Of a stretch of 64,000 nt of DNA, positions 19,551-27,837 are shown piece after piece. Position 1 is the first letter of the stretch; every line of letters begins with the position of its first letter. The notes beneath the pieces are model-generated. The model was not told the DNA's origin. It saw only the letters and a program-made list of their open reading frames with translations, and did no database searches. The translations under genes and the position numbers were made by a program. Origin of the DNA: Minisyncoccia bacterium. GTDB lineage: Bacteria; Patescibacteriota; Minisyncoccia; Phycocordibacterales; UBA918. The DNA lies in NCBI GenBank assembly GCA_964229335.1, contig CAXRCZ010000004.1:128001-192000 (forward strand), given 5' to 3'.

Positions 19551-20012
19551 ATGGATGAAATAATAATTTTCCTAGCTAGTAAGTTACATGTAGTGATTGT
19601 TGTTATTGCAATCATTACATTCCTGCTCTCCACTAAGAAGCAAAGAATGATACTTGCTCTAACTGCAACAGCAGCACTACCACTGTCGTACCTACTGGGA
19701 AAGCTAGCGAGTTTCTTCAACTACACCGAACGCCCTTTTTCTGAACTTGGCATTACTCCGCTCGTGCCCCATATCGCTGACAATGGATTTCCTTCAGAAC
19801 ACACTCTCTATGCCATGGTGATTGCAATGGTGGTCTTCTTGGTACACAGACGCTGGGGTACTATGCTCATAATTTTAGCTTTGCTGGTGGGTGTTGGACG
19901 TGTTTGGGCTGATGTACATAATCCAATTGATATAGTGGGTTCTGTGTTGGTAGCCACCGTTAGTGTACTAGCTTCATTTTTTGTACTCCAGCAATGTAAA
20001 AAATCAAAATGA
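19551..20012 (+). CDS. PAP2 family phosphatase (BcrC-like undecaprenyl-PP phosphatase)
   Basis: RPF, FPSEH, GRVWADVHNPID. Confidence 0.85.
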   Translation: MDEIIIFLASKLHVVIVVIAIITFLLSTKKQRMILALTATAALPLSYLLGKLASFFNYTERPFSELGITPLVPHIADNGFPSEHTLYAMVIAMVVFLVHRRWGTMLIILALLVGVGRVWADVHNPIDIVGSVLVATVSVLASFFVLQQCKKSK

Positions 20013-20103
20013 TTTTGAAATAATGCAGTGATTTAGCGTGATATACATTTACATTTTGTATTCATTGCTTGACACATTTGGTATCATTAATAGTGTAAAA
20101 GGC

Positions 20104-20490
20104 ATGACAAGTTGGTTGAACAGAAACATTTCGCATAAGCTCACCGCACTTCTGATCGTGGGAGTGTTTGTGGTAGTTACTTTTTCTTGTTTTACGATTG
20201 CAGATGATCACGGTGGACACAGCTTTGACGCCGCAGTTGTTTGCGAGACAGTTCTTTCACTAGCTGATACCACTATAATTCAAATAGGCGTCATGCTCTT
20301 GTTAGTGGCAGCCGCTGCACACCTCTGCTTCAGGACTTTCAACCCATTTTCACTGCAAAATCCACTCTACAGACTACTTGTTTTTCATGGTCCACCACCA
20401 GACTACCTTTTTTCACCAAAAAGATATTCCTATTTGCAAAAACTCTTTAGTTCTGGGCTCATTCATTCAAAACTTCATAGCGTAGCGTAA
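20104..20490 (+). CDS. Putative metal-sensing leader peptide 3 (HGPP and GLIHSK)
   Basis: TM, C..DDHGGH..C loop, TM, then HGPP...YLQKLFSSGLIHSKL; start reassigned to ATG 20104. Confidence 0.65.
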   Translation: MTSWLNRNISHKLTALLIVGVFVVVTFSCFTIADDHGGHSFDAAVVCETVLSLADTTIIQIGVMLLLVAAAAHLCFRTFNPFSLQNPLYRLLVFHGPPPDYLFSPKRYSYLQKLFSSGLIHSKLHSVA

Positions 20491-20491
20491 T

Positions 20492-20536
20492 AACCAACGA
20501 CGTAAAGCTCGTTGCAGTCTTTACCGTTGGTTTTTT
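20492..20536 (+). terminator. Terminator/attenuator hairpin immediately after leader 3
   Basis: AACCAACG/CGTTGGTT and GTAAAG/CTTTAC stems, then a T tract. Confidence 0.7.
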
Positions 20537-20590
20537 GTATTTATAAATAAGAAGTTAGTGATACATAATCAATACCAAGTAAACGAAATT

Positions 20591-21364
20591 ATGAATTGGA
20601 AAATGATAACCGGAACGTTCCTCGCACTATTTACGTTAGTGCTTGTGGGTTCGTATTTGATTTTGACTCAAGACACATCATTAAATAAAGACGTTGTGGT
20701 TTTCGACACAACGATAATACTCCAGCCACAAGCTGACAACAATATTGTTACTGTCGATACAGTGACTCTATCAGTTCCGGGTTTTCTGGCTGTTAGGGAG
20801 ATTGATGGTGAACGACTGGGACAGATTATTGAGATTAGTGAGTATCTTAATGGGGGAACACATAACGATATGTCTATTCCGTTAGGTGAATTCTATACAG
20901 GTGACGAGGAACTGATAGTGATGATTTATGAAGACGCTGCTAATGACAAGATATTCAATGACCTTGATCAACCGTACGAGGAAAATGGAATTCCTGTTGC
21001 AGTCTATGTAGCGACTGGCGAAAAAGTCCCTGAATCAATTGTGACTAATACTGTTGCTCCTGAAGGAATTTCACTCATGAATATGGGAAGTATGGAGTTT
21101 GTCAGTTATACCGACGAGGGCTTTAAACCGAAAGACTTGACGATATCTCGCGGCACCATGGTGCACTTTGTTAACGAAAGTTCAATCGATATGTGGGTTG
21201 CTTCAGACGATCATCCAGCTCACACAGATTTGCCGACATTTGACCAATTCAAGGGTAGTCCGCCGGGAGAACAGTATGTGTATATCTTCGATCAGGCTGG
21301 CGAGTGGAAATATCACGACCATCTTACTCCAACCGCAGTAGGCACAATTACCGTAACCAATTAA
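20591..21364 (+). CDS. Membrane-anchored cupredoxin-domain protein
   Basis: C-terminal F.P..LTI..G..V.F.N, HPAH, GEWKYHDH...GTITV. Confidence 0.75.
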   Translation: MNWKMITGTFLALFTLVLVGSYLILTQDTSLNKDVVVFDTTIILQPQADNNIVTVDTVTLSVPGFLAVREIDGERLGQIIEISEYLNGGTHNDMSIPLGEFYTGDEELIVMIYEDAANDKIFNDLDQPYEENGIPVAVYVATGEKVPESIVTNTVAPEGISLMNMGSMEFVSYTDEGFKPKDLTISRGTMVHFVNESSIDMWVASDDHPAHTDLPTFDQFKGSPPGEQYVYIFDQAGEWKYHDHLTPTAVGTITVTN

Positions 21365-21377
21365 CTTCTAACTAATC

Positions 21378-21665
21378 ATGAAAAAAGATGAATTCACAAA
21401 ACTACTAGAATCAGATTCAAATACGCTGTTGATTGATATTCGTGAAGCTGAAGAGTTAGAACATTCAGACAATCTCCCTGGCACACAGCATATATCGATG
21501 GGGAAAATGTTTACTGAAGCAGTGAATGATAAATTGCCCAAAGATACACAGATGGTGGTCTTTTGCCGCACAGGTGTGCGTGCAGAAATAGTTGCTCGCG
21601 AGTTGCGTGAGCGCGGTTACGATATTGACGGTTTAGAAGGCGGGCTTAATGCACTTAACAACTAA
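21378..21665 (+). CDS. Rhodanese-like domain protein
   Basis: LIDIRE, FCRTGVRA, LEGG. Confidence 0.88.
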   Translation: MKKDEFTKLLESDSNTLLIDIREAEELEHSDNLPGTQHISMGKMFTEAVNDKLPKDTQMVVFCRTGVRAEIVARELRERGYDIDGLEGGLNALNN

Positions 21666-21668
21666 CGT

Positions 21669-23678
21669 ATGGAACATACACACACAAAACATAACCACTG
21701 TCACGACCACGGCTCACCGGGTATGGGACATGGTTCAGCGGAAACATTTTTGAGACGATTTTGGATTGTTACCTTTCTTCTAATTCCACTCGTGTTTGCT
21801 AATGAGATGGTGATGAATGCTATAGGATTGGAGGCATATATATTGAGTAAATGGATCGGCTTCGGAGTGGCGACCGTAATCTTTGGTTTTGCTCTTATCT
21901 TCTTTGAACACGCTTGGCACGAAATCAAAGCGCGTAAGTACGGCATGATGACATTGGTGTCACTTGCTGTAGGTGCTGGGTATCTGTTTTCAGTTGCAGC
22001 AACTTTCATACCAACATTAGAGGCTGATTTTTACTTAGAAATCTCAACACTAATCTGGGTACTACTCTTTGGACACTACCTTGAAGCTCGTTCAGGAGCG
22101 GCGGCTGGTAATGCACTTCAAGAAGTAGCGAAGCTTCTGCCAAAACAAGCTCATAAGCTTCTAAATGGAGTAGAGACAGACGTTGATGTAACTGAACTCA
22201 ATGAGGGTGATTTGGTTCTCGTAAAACCAGGAGAGAAAATCCCAGCTGACGGTGTGATTACAAAAGGTTCAGCCAATGTTGATGAAGCACTCATCAGTGG
22301 CGAATCAAAACCAATTCAAAAAAATAAAAGGGATGAAGTTGTGGCCGGTAGTATTTGTCTTGATGCGTCTCTAACAATCCAACTCTCACGCGTTGGTGAG
22401 CATTCAACTATTGGACAGATTCAGAAATTAATTGCTGAGGCACAGCAGACCAAACCAAACTCACAGCGAATCGCTGACAAAGCCGCTGCTGTACTCACGT
22501 TCGTGGCTGGAATTACAGCCCTTCTGACTATTCTGGTGTGGTCACTGATTATCGGTGAACCATTTGTATTTGCGATTACGCTCGCTATCACGGTACTTGT
22601 CATCGCTTGCCCGCATGCCTTGGGTCTGGCGATTCCTACTGTTACCACCATCACTACCTCGCTTGCGGTAAAAAACGGCTTCTTTATCAAGAATCTCGCC
22701 AAGATAGAAGTGATCAAGAAGACTGATTATGTGGTCTTCGATAAGACCGGCACACTCACCACAGGAATATTTGGTGTTACCGATGTTGTCCCGTTTGGTG
22801 GAAAGACAAAAGACGCAGTACTCAAAATTGCCGCTTCACTCGAACAACACTCGTCCCACATTATTGGTCAATCTATAGTGACACATGCCAAAGCAGAGCG
22901 AATCAGACTTGAAGAAATTGCCGAGTTTAAAAACGTAGCTGGAAAAGGTATCAAAGCTAAGTTAGCAAATAAGCTCTATATTGTTGGAAACAAAGCAATT
23001 GTTGAGGACGCAAACATCTCACTTGATGAGGTGAAGGAAGGATACCAGAAACTGGCCGCCAGAGGAAAAACAACCATTTTTGTCGCTACTGAGAATGAGA
23101 TTATTGGTTTGATTGCGCTTTCTGACACTATAAAACCAGAGTCATACGAAACAGTTGGAAAACTGCATGAAATGGGAGTGAGGGTAGCGATGCTCACAGG
23201 CGATAACCAGGAAGTCGCCAAGGGGGTGGCAGAAGAGCTTGGTATCGACACCTATTTTGCTGAAGTCCTACCAGAAGATAAATATAGCCATGTGCAATCA
23301 CTCCAGCAAGACGGCAGTGTGGTCTTGATGGTTGGTGATGGTGTGAACGATGCACCTGCACTTACACAAGCTGATGCCGGGATTGCCATTGGAGCTGGTA
23401 CTGATGTGGCGGTGGAAGCTGGTGATGTGGTCTTAACCCGTAGCAATCCCGAAGACATTGTCAGACTCATTACACTCTCGAAAAAAGTGTATACCAAGAT
23501 GATTCAGAATCTTGTCTGGGCCCTCGGCTACAACATCGTTGCTATTCCGGCGGCGGCTGGAGCGTTCGCCTACTGGGGATTCTTTCTGCGTCCAGAGATC
23601 GGAGCGTTTGTGATGAGTTTATCAACGGTAATTGTGGTGGCTAACGCCATGCTACTCAAACGAATTGACTTAGATTAG
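21669..23678 (+). CDS. copB: Copper-translocating P1B-3 ATPase
   Basis: His-rich N-terminus, CPH, DKTGT, GDGVNDAP, YN and MSLS motifs. Confidence 0.9.
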   Translation: MEHTHTKHNHCHDHGSPGMGHGSAETFLRRFWIVTFLLIPLVFANEMVMNAIGLEAYILSKWIGFGVATVIFGFALIFFEHAWHEIKARKYGMMTLVSLAVGAGYLFSVAATFIPTLEADFYLEISTLIWVLLFGHYLEARSGAAAGNALQEVAKLLPKQAHKLLNGVETDVDVTELNEGDLVLVKPGEKIPADGVITKGSANVDEALISGESKPIQKNKRDEVVAGSICLDASLTIQLSRVGEHSTIGQIQKLIAEAQQTKPNSQRIADKAAAVLTFVAGITALLTILVWSLIIGEPFVFAITLAITVLVIACPHALGLAIPTVTTITTSLAVKNGFFIKNLAKIEVIKKTDYVVFDKTGTLTTGIFGVTDVVPFGGKTKDAVLKIAASLEQHSSHIIGQSIVTHAKAERIRLEEIAEFKNVAGKGIKAKLANKLYIVGNKAIVEDANISLDEVKEGYQKLAARGKTTIFVATENEIIGLIALSDTIKPESYETVGKLHEMGVRVAMLTGDNQEVAKGVAEELGIDTYFAEVLPEDKYSHVQSLQQDGSVVLMVGDGVNDAPALTQADAGIAIGAGTDVAVEAGDVVLTRSNPEDIVRLITLSKKVYTKMIQNLVWALGYNIVAIPAAAGAFAYWGFFLRPEIGAFVMSLSTVIVVANAMLLKRIDLD

Positions 23679-23679
23679 T

Positions 23680-25188
23680 ATGAGTATTGTTGAACATATT
23701 TTAGATCGCTATACGATGTACCAAGTCCTGACAGCCGTCTTGGTGTCATATGTGGCGTACGCACTCATTTTGAGTGTTTTTGGAGTACTTGTGTATGGAA
23801 TTAGTGAGTTACTACTCTCACTGCTGGTTGTTGTTGCCTCAGTAGTTGTTACTCACTATATTCTTGTCAGTCTAACGAAAGCGCCAGGAAATATTTGGTC
23901 GAGTATTTTAACCGGACTCATTATTTTCTTGATTTTCACCCCAACTGCCAGCGCAGGCGGGTTGGCGGTCTTGGCTGCGGTTGCTGTCATCAGTGTTGTC
24001 AGTAAATACATTGTGAAGTATCGCAATGCACATCTGATCAATCCGGTTGCACTGGCGGCAGTGTTGTCCGGAGTGTTTGACTTGGCGTACGCCTCGTGGT
24101 GGGTTGGAACTGCGTGGTTTGCACCACTCTTACTACTTGGCGGATTACTCGTGGTACTAAAGATAAGAAGACTACCAATGGTAGTGGCAGGTGTACTCGC
24201 CTCACTCTGTATGGTATTTGTCTATGCATTAATCCGAGACTCTGTTTCATTGTCTATGTTCAATGGAATCCTGCTGGCCTCACCACTTTGGTTCTTTATG
24301 ACCATTATGGTCACTGAACCTCTATCGACTCCGGCGGGAGGGCGGGCACAAATTCTCTACGGTACTTTCATCGGCCTGCTGTCCCAGATGCCGTTCTCGC
24401 TTGGACCGCTCTTTAATTCTCCCGAGCTAACACTAATGATTGCTAATTTGTTGGTGTGGCCACTGTCACTTAAGGGACGATTGAAGCTCGTATGTCTAAA
24501 AGTTAACGAAGTGGCAAACAACACTTTCGAGTATGTCTTTCGACCATCGTTTCCAGTGTCATTCCAAGCTGGTCAATACCTAGAATGGGCCTTGCCACAT
24601 CAATCACCTGACGGTCGAGGAACGAGACGTTATTTCACCATTGCCTCCAGTCCAACCAGACAAAACATCCGTCTGGTTGTACGGACTGAAAATAAAGGCA
24701 GTAGCTACAAAGAAAGATTAAAAGCGTTTCAGCGTGGCGATACTATCCAAGCCGCGCAGCTAGCTGGAGACTTTGTGCTGCCAAAAGACATGACTGACCA
24801 AAAATTTATCTTCGTGGCTGGTGGAATTGGTATCACACCGTTTTTGAGCCACTTCGAATATCTAAAAGACACGAAGCAAAAAACTGATATCGTCTTGTAT
24901 TACTGCAACCGGACTGCTGAAGATATTGCGTACACACAGTTGTTGCGAGGATATGAATCAATCGGTGTACGAACAGTGCACGTACTAGCTGAACCAGCTC
25001 CGGATTGGTCTGGTGAAATAGGCTACCTTGGTCCGCATATGCTGAAACGGTACACTCCTGACATCACTGATCGACTGGTATACCTCTCTGGTCCACCGAG
25101 TATGGTTGGTGCATACAAAAAATTATTCATCGACTGTGGAGTGCCAAGTCGTCATATTAAAACAGATTATTTCCCTGGATTAGCTTAA
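23680..25188 (+). CDS. RnfD/NqrB-like membrane domain fused to an FNR-type NAD(P)H oxidoreductase
   Basis: SK...HLINP, FFMTIMVTEP; RYFTIASSP, AGGIGITP, YLSGPP. Confidence 0.85.
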   Translation: MSIVEHILDRYTMYQVLTAVLVSYVAYALILSVFGVLVYGISELLLSLLVVVASVVVTHYILVSLTKAPGNIWSSILTGLIIFLIFTPTASAGGLAVLAAVAVISVVSKYIVKYRNAHLINPVALAAVLSGVFDLAYASWWVGTAWFAPLLLLGGLLVVLKIRRLPMVVAGVLASLCMVFVYALIRDSVSLSMFNGILLASPLWFFMTIMVTEPLSTPAGGRAQILYGTFIGLLSQMPFSLGPLFNSPELTLMIANLLVWPLSLKGRLKLVCLKVNEVANNTFEYVFRPSFPVSFQAGQYLEWALPHQSPDGRGTRRYFTIASSPTRQNIRLVVRTENKGSSYKERLKAFQRGDTIQAAQLAGDFVLPKDMTDQKFIFVAGGIGITPFLSHFEYLKDTKQKTDIVLYYCNRTAEDIAYTQLLRGYESIGVRTVHVLAEPAPDWSGEIGYLGPHMLKRYTPDITDRLVYLSGPPSMVGAYKKLFIDCGVPSRHIKTDYFPGLA

Positions 25189-25196
25189 AAATTATT

Positions 25197-26513
25197 ATGC
25201 CTATATACATTGTTACAATCGGAATATTTATCTTGGTCAGCGCCTTTTCGTATTCGCTTTTGGCGACCCGCGAAACGTCAGACACCCTAGCTTCTCGAGA
25301 AGTCATAGTAACCGATGGAATCAGTCAGGCAATGATCGCTGACGGGACCTATCGGAGCGAAGTTCGCTATGAGGTCCCGTATGGGTACATAGAGCCAATG
25401 AGTCTTGAGATCACTGTGGAGAATGGAGTGGTTACCGATTCGACAGTAGACTTTGACATTGTGAATCCTGTTTCAGGAGACTACGTTCGTTCATTTGAGC
25501 AGTACTATGAAGATGAGGTGATTGGAAAGCCAATCACTGAAGTTTCATTAGCTCGTCTTGGTGGCGCGTCGCTCACCAACGTAGCCTTTGATGCTGCGCT
25601 TGAGAAAATCAAGGTTGAAGCAGCTGGTGGTGCGCTGGCTTCAGCTACTAAGGACGAAGCGTTGCCGCTACTTCTGCCTGGTACTCCAACTGAAGACGGT
25701 ATCGTGCTAGGTCCTGTACCAACTACTCCTAGTTACACTGACGCCGACCTCAAGGACGGAACATACAGCAGTGCGGTTCGTTATGAGGTTCCGTTTGAGC
25801 ACGTTGGACTGATGAATCTAGAGGTGACTGTAGCCGAGGGAGTCGTTACTGACTCAGCGGTCGAGTTTGAGGTGACCAACCCTGTCTCCGAGAGTTACGC
25901 TCGTTCATTTGACAACTACTACAAAGATGAAGTCATTGGACAGTCATTGGCTGAAGTTTCACTAGCGCGAGTCGGTGGCGCTTCGCTTACTAACGCAGCC
26001 TTTGATGCTGCGCTCGAGAATATCAAAACTGAAGCCAGTGGCAACACGGTAGCTGCTACCGCAGACACAACACTTCCGCTACCAGTACCTGAGCTTGTGA
26101 TACGAGGCATTCCAAACTTGGCTGAGATTGCTGCCACCTCTAAAAATAAGATTCACCTGGTCACCGGACCGCTTCCCGGCACAGAGTCATCGACTAACAA
26201 TACGAGTCCATATGCTGATGGTACGTATGTCGTTGATCAGTCATACTATGCCTGGCCAAATATCTACGAACCAATGCAGACTGTAATCACGCTTGAAAAC
26301 GGGACAATCGTCGCTGCTGACCAAACTTACTCCACCGTTGATTACACTCACTCAGACCAATATCAACGCCACTTTGACTCCATCTACAAAAATGTGGTGA
26401 TAGGTATGCCGCTGGCTGATGCACCAATCGCTCGTATCGGACAAGCTTCTGAGACTACTGATGGGTTTAACGACGCGCTACTCGCGATTAAAGAACAAGC
26501 GCAGAATCAATAA
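25197..26513 (+). CDS. Membrane-anchored protein with three FMN-binding-like repeats
   Basis: Three DGTY...GGASLT/GGASLT/GQASET...F..AL..IK repeats; adjacent to apbE. Confidence 0.75.
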   Translation: MPIYIVTIGIFILVSAFSYSLLATRETSDTLASREVIVTDGISQAMIADGTYRSEVRYEVPYGYIEPMSLEITVENGVVTDSTVDFDIVNPVSGDYVRSFEQYYEDEVIGKPITEVSLARLGGASLTNVAFDAALEKIKVEAAGGALASATKDEALPLLLPGTPTEDGIVLGPVPTTPSYTDADLKDGTYSSAVRYEVPFEHVGLMNLEVTVAEGVVTDSAVEFEVTNPVSESYARSFDNYYKDEVIGQSLAEVSLARVGGASLTNAAFDAALENIKTEASGNTVAATADTTLPLPVPELVIRGIPNLAEIAATSKNKIHLVTGPLPGTESSTNNTSPYADGTYVVDQSYYAWPNIYEPMQTVITLENGTIVAADQTYSTVDYTHSDQYQRHFDSIYKNVVIGMPLADAPIARIGQASETTDGFNDALLAIKEQAQNQ

Positions 26514-26515
26514 CC

Positions 26516-27379
26516 ATGCTGTTACCAAAGATTGAAGCATTGGGAACACACTGGCACATAGAGCTGTTTGAAGACTGCGCCGATGCAACAGTGCTTCGAG
26601 ACTCAGTTGCTGACTGGCTAGAGGAGTATGAGTCACGGTACAGTCGTTTCAGGCCTAATTCGTGGTTGTCAAAATTAAATCAAAACGGTGAGTTTCGGGA
26701 CCCCGACCTACAGTTTGCAAAGCTTCTTAATCTATCACTCGACTACTACCAAAAGACCGACGGAGTCTTTAATATAGCGGTGGGAGAAAAGTTGGTACAC
26801 GCTGGCTACGATACCAACTATTCTTTTACTGCTGATGAGCAAGAGGCCGTCGTGCCTAAATTGCCAGACATCCTTTCTGTGACTGACGATAGAATAATTC
26901 TCTCGGCAGGACAACTTGATTTGGGTGGTATTGGTAAAGGGTTTGCGATTGATGCTTTAGCAGACCACTTAAAAACCGAACATAACCTCTCATATTTTCT
27001 AATTAATGGCGGTGGTGACATGTTCGCTACGTCTGATAATGGAAAACCGGTCACTATTGCGCTTGGACATCCGTACGACAAGTCGCTTGGTATAGGCAAT
27101 CTCGAGCTTCAGGATGCTGGTTTTGCAGCCTCGTCACCTCACGTGCGAAGTTGGGTAGATGCTAAAACTGGGGCAGCTAAAAACCACCTTCTGACCGATG
27201 AGCATGTTGCCACCTATGTAACAGCCCGAACTGCTACTGAAGCGGATGTGTGGGCTACTACACTGTGTCTAAATCTGTCTATAAACAAGCCTGATGATGT
27301 GGGTGCACTGGTGATAGATCAGATGAATATCTGTCACCAAGATGAGGTATTTCAGCTCTATTCTGGGCATAAAATATAG
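26516..27379 (+). CDS. apbE: FAD:protein FMN transferase
   Basis: ALGT, SRFRPNS, DLGGIGKG, INGGGD, ADVWAT. Confidence 0.9.
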   Translation: MLLPKIEALGTHWHIELFEDCADATVLRDSVADWLEEYESRYSRFRPNSWLSKLNQNGEFRDPDLQFAKLLNLSLDYYQKTDGVFNIAVGEKLVHAGYDTNYSFTADEQEAVVPKLPDILSVTDDRIILSAGQLDLGGIGKGFAIDALADHLKTEHNLSYFLINGGGDMFATSDNGKPVTIALGHPYDKSLGIGNLELQDAGFAASSPHVRSWVDAKTGAAKNHLLTDEHVATYVTARTATEADVWATTLCLNLSINKPDDVGALVIDQMNICHQDEVFQLYSGHKI

Positions 27380-27385
27380 TGTATT

Positions 27386-27790
27386 ATGGAATTAACAATG
27401 AAAAAAATAGCTAGTATAGGTGTTTTTACGATTTTCATAAGTGTGCTATTTGCCAGCCTATTTGCTATGCCTGTTGGTATGGACATGGAAGGTGGAATGG
27501 GTGACTGTCCGTTTATGGAGGTCGGTCAGGTGATCTGCCCGATGGATTTTGCGGGCCATATTGAAGCCTGGAAAGCAGCATTTGCATCTGTTGTACCAAC
27601 TATTTTCACCCTCATATTGATTGCTGGGGCAGCTCTTGCATCCACTCTGCCCATACGGTTTCTTTTCACAAACAAAAGAAAACCCATACCAATTAGGTCA
27701 AATATACTGCGTACTCGTACCTACTCTTACGTATATCGTCCACTCCAGGAATTATTTTCAAACGGTATCCTACACCCCAAGGTTTTTTAA
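27386..27790 (+). CDS. Putative metal-sensing leader peptide 4 (GILHPK)
   Basis: TM, MDMEGGMGDCPFM..CPMDFAGH loop, TM, then LQELFSNGILHPKVF; close paralog of 5460-5852. Confidence 0.75.
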   Translation: MELTMKKIASIGVFTIFISVLFASLFAMPVGMDMEGGMGDCPFMEVGQVICPMDFAGHIEAWKAAFASVVPTIFTLILIAGAALASTLPIRFLFTNKRKPIPIRSNILRTRTYSYVYRPLQELFSNGILHPKVF

Positions 27791-27837
27791 CTGCCAACAA
27801 GCAGGCTCGCCCTGCACTTATCAGTTAAGAAAAATCT

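Noticed and set aside
20050-20060. TACA-TTT-TGTA as a CopY cop box (similar at ~2084-2094)
   Set aside because: Spacer is 3 nt rather than 2, the context is AT-rich, and no CopY gene is seen
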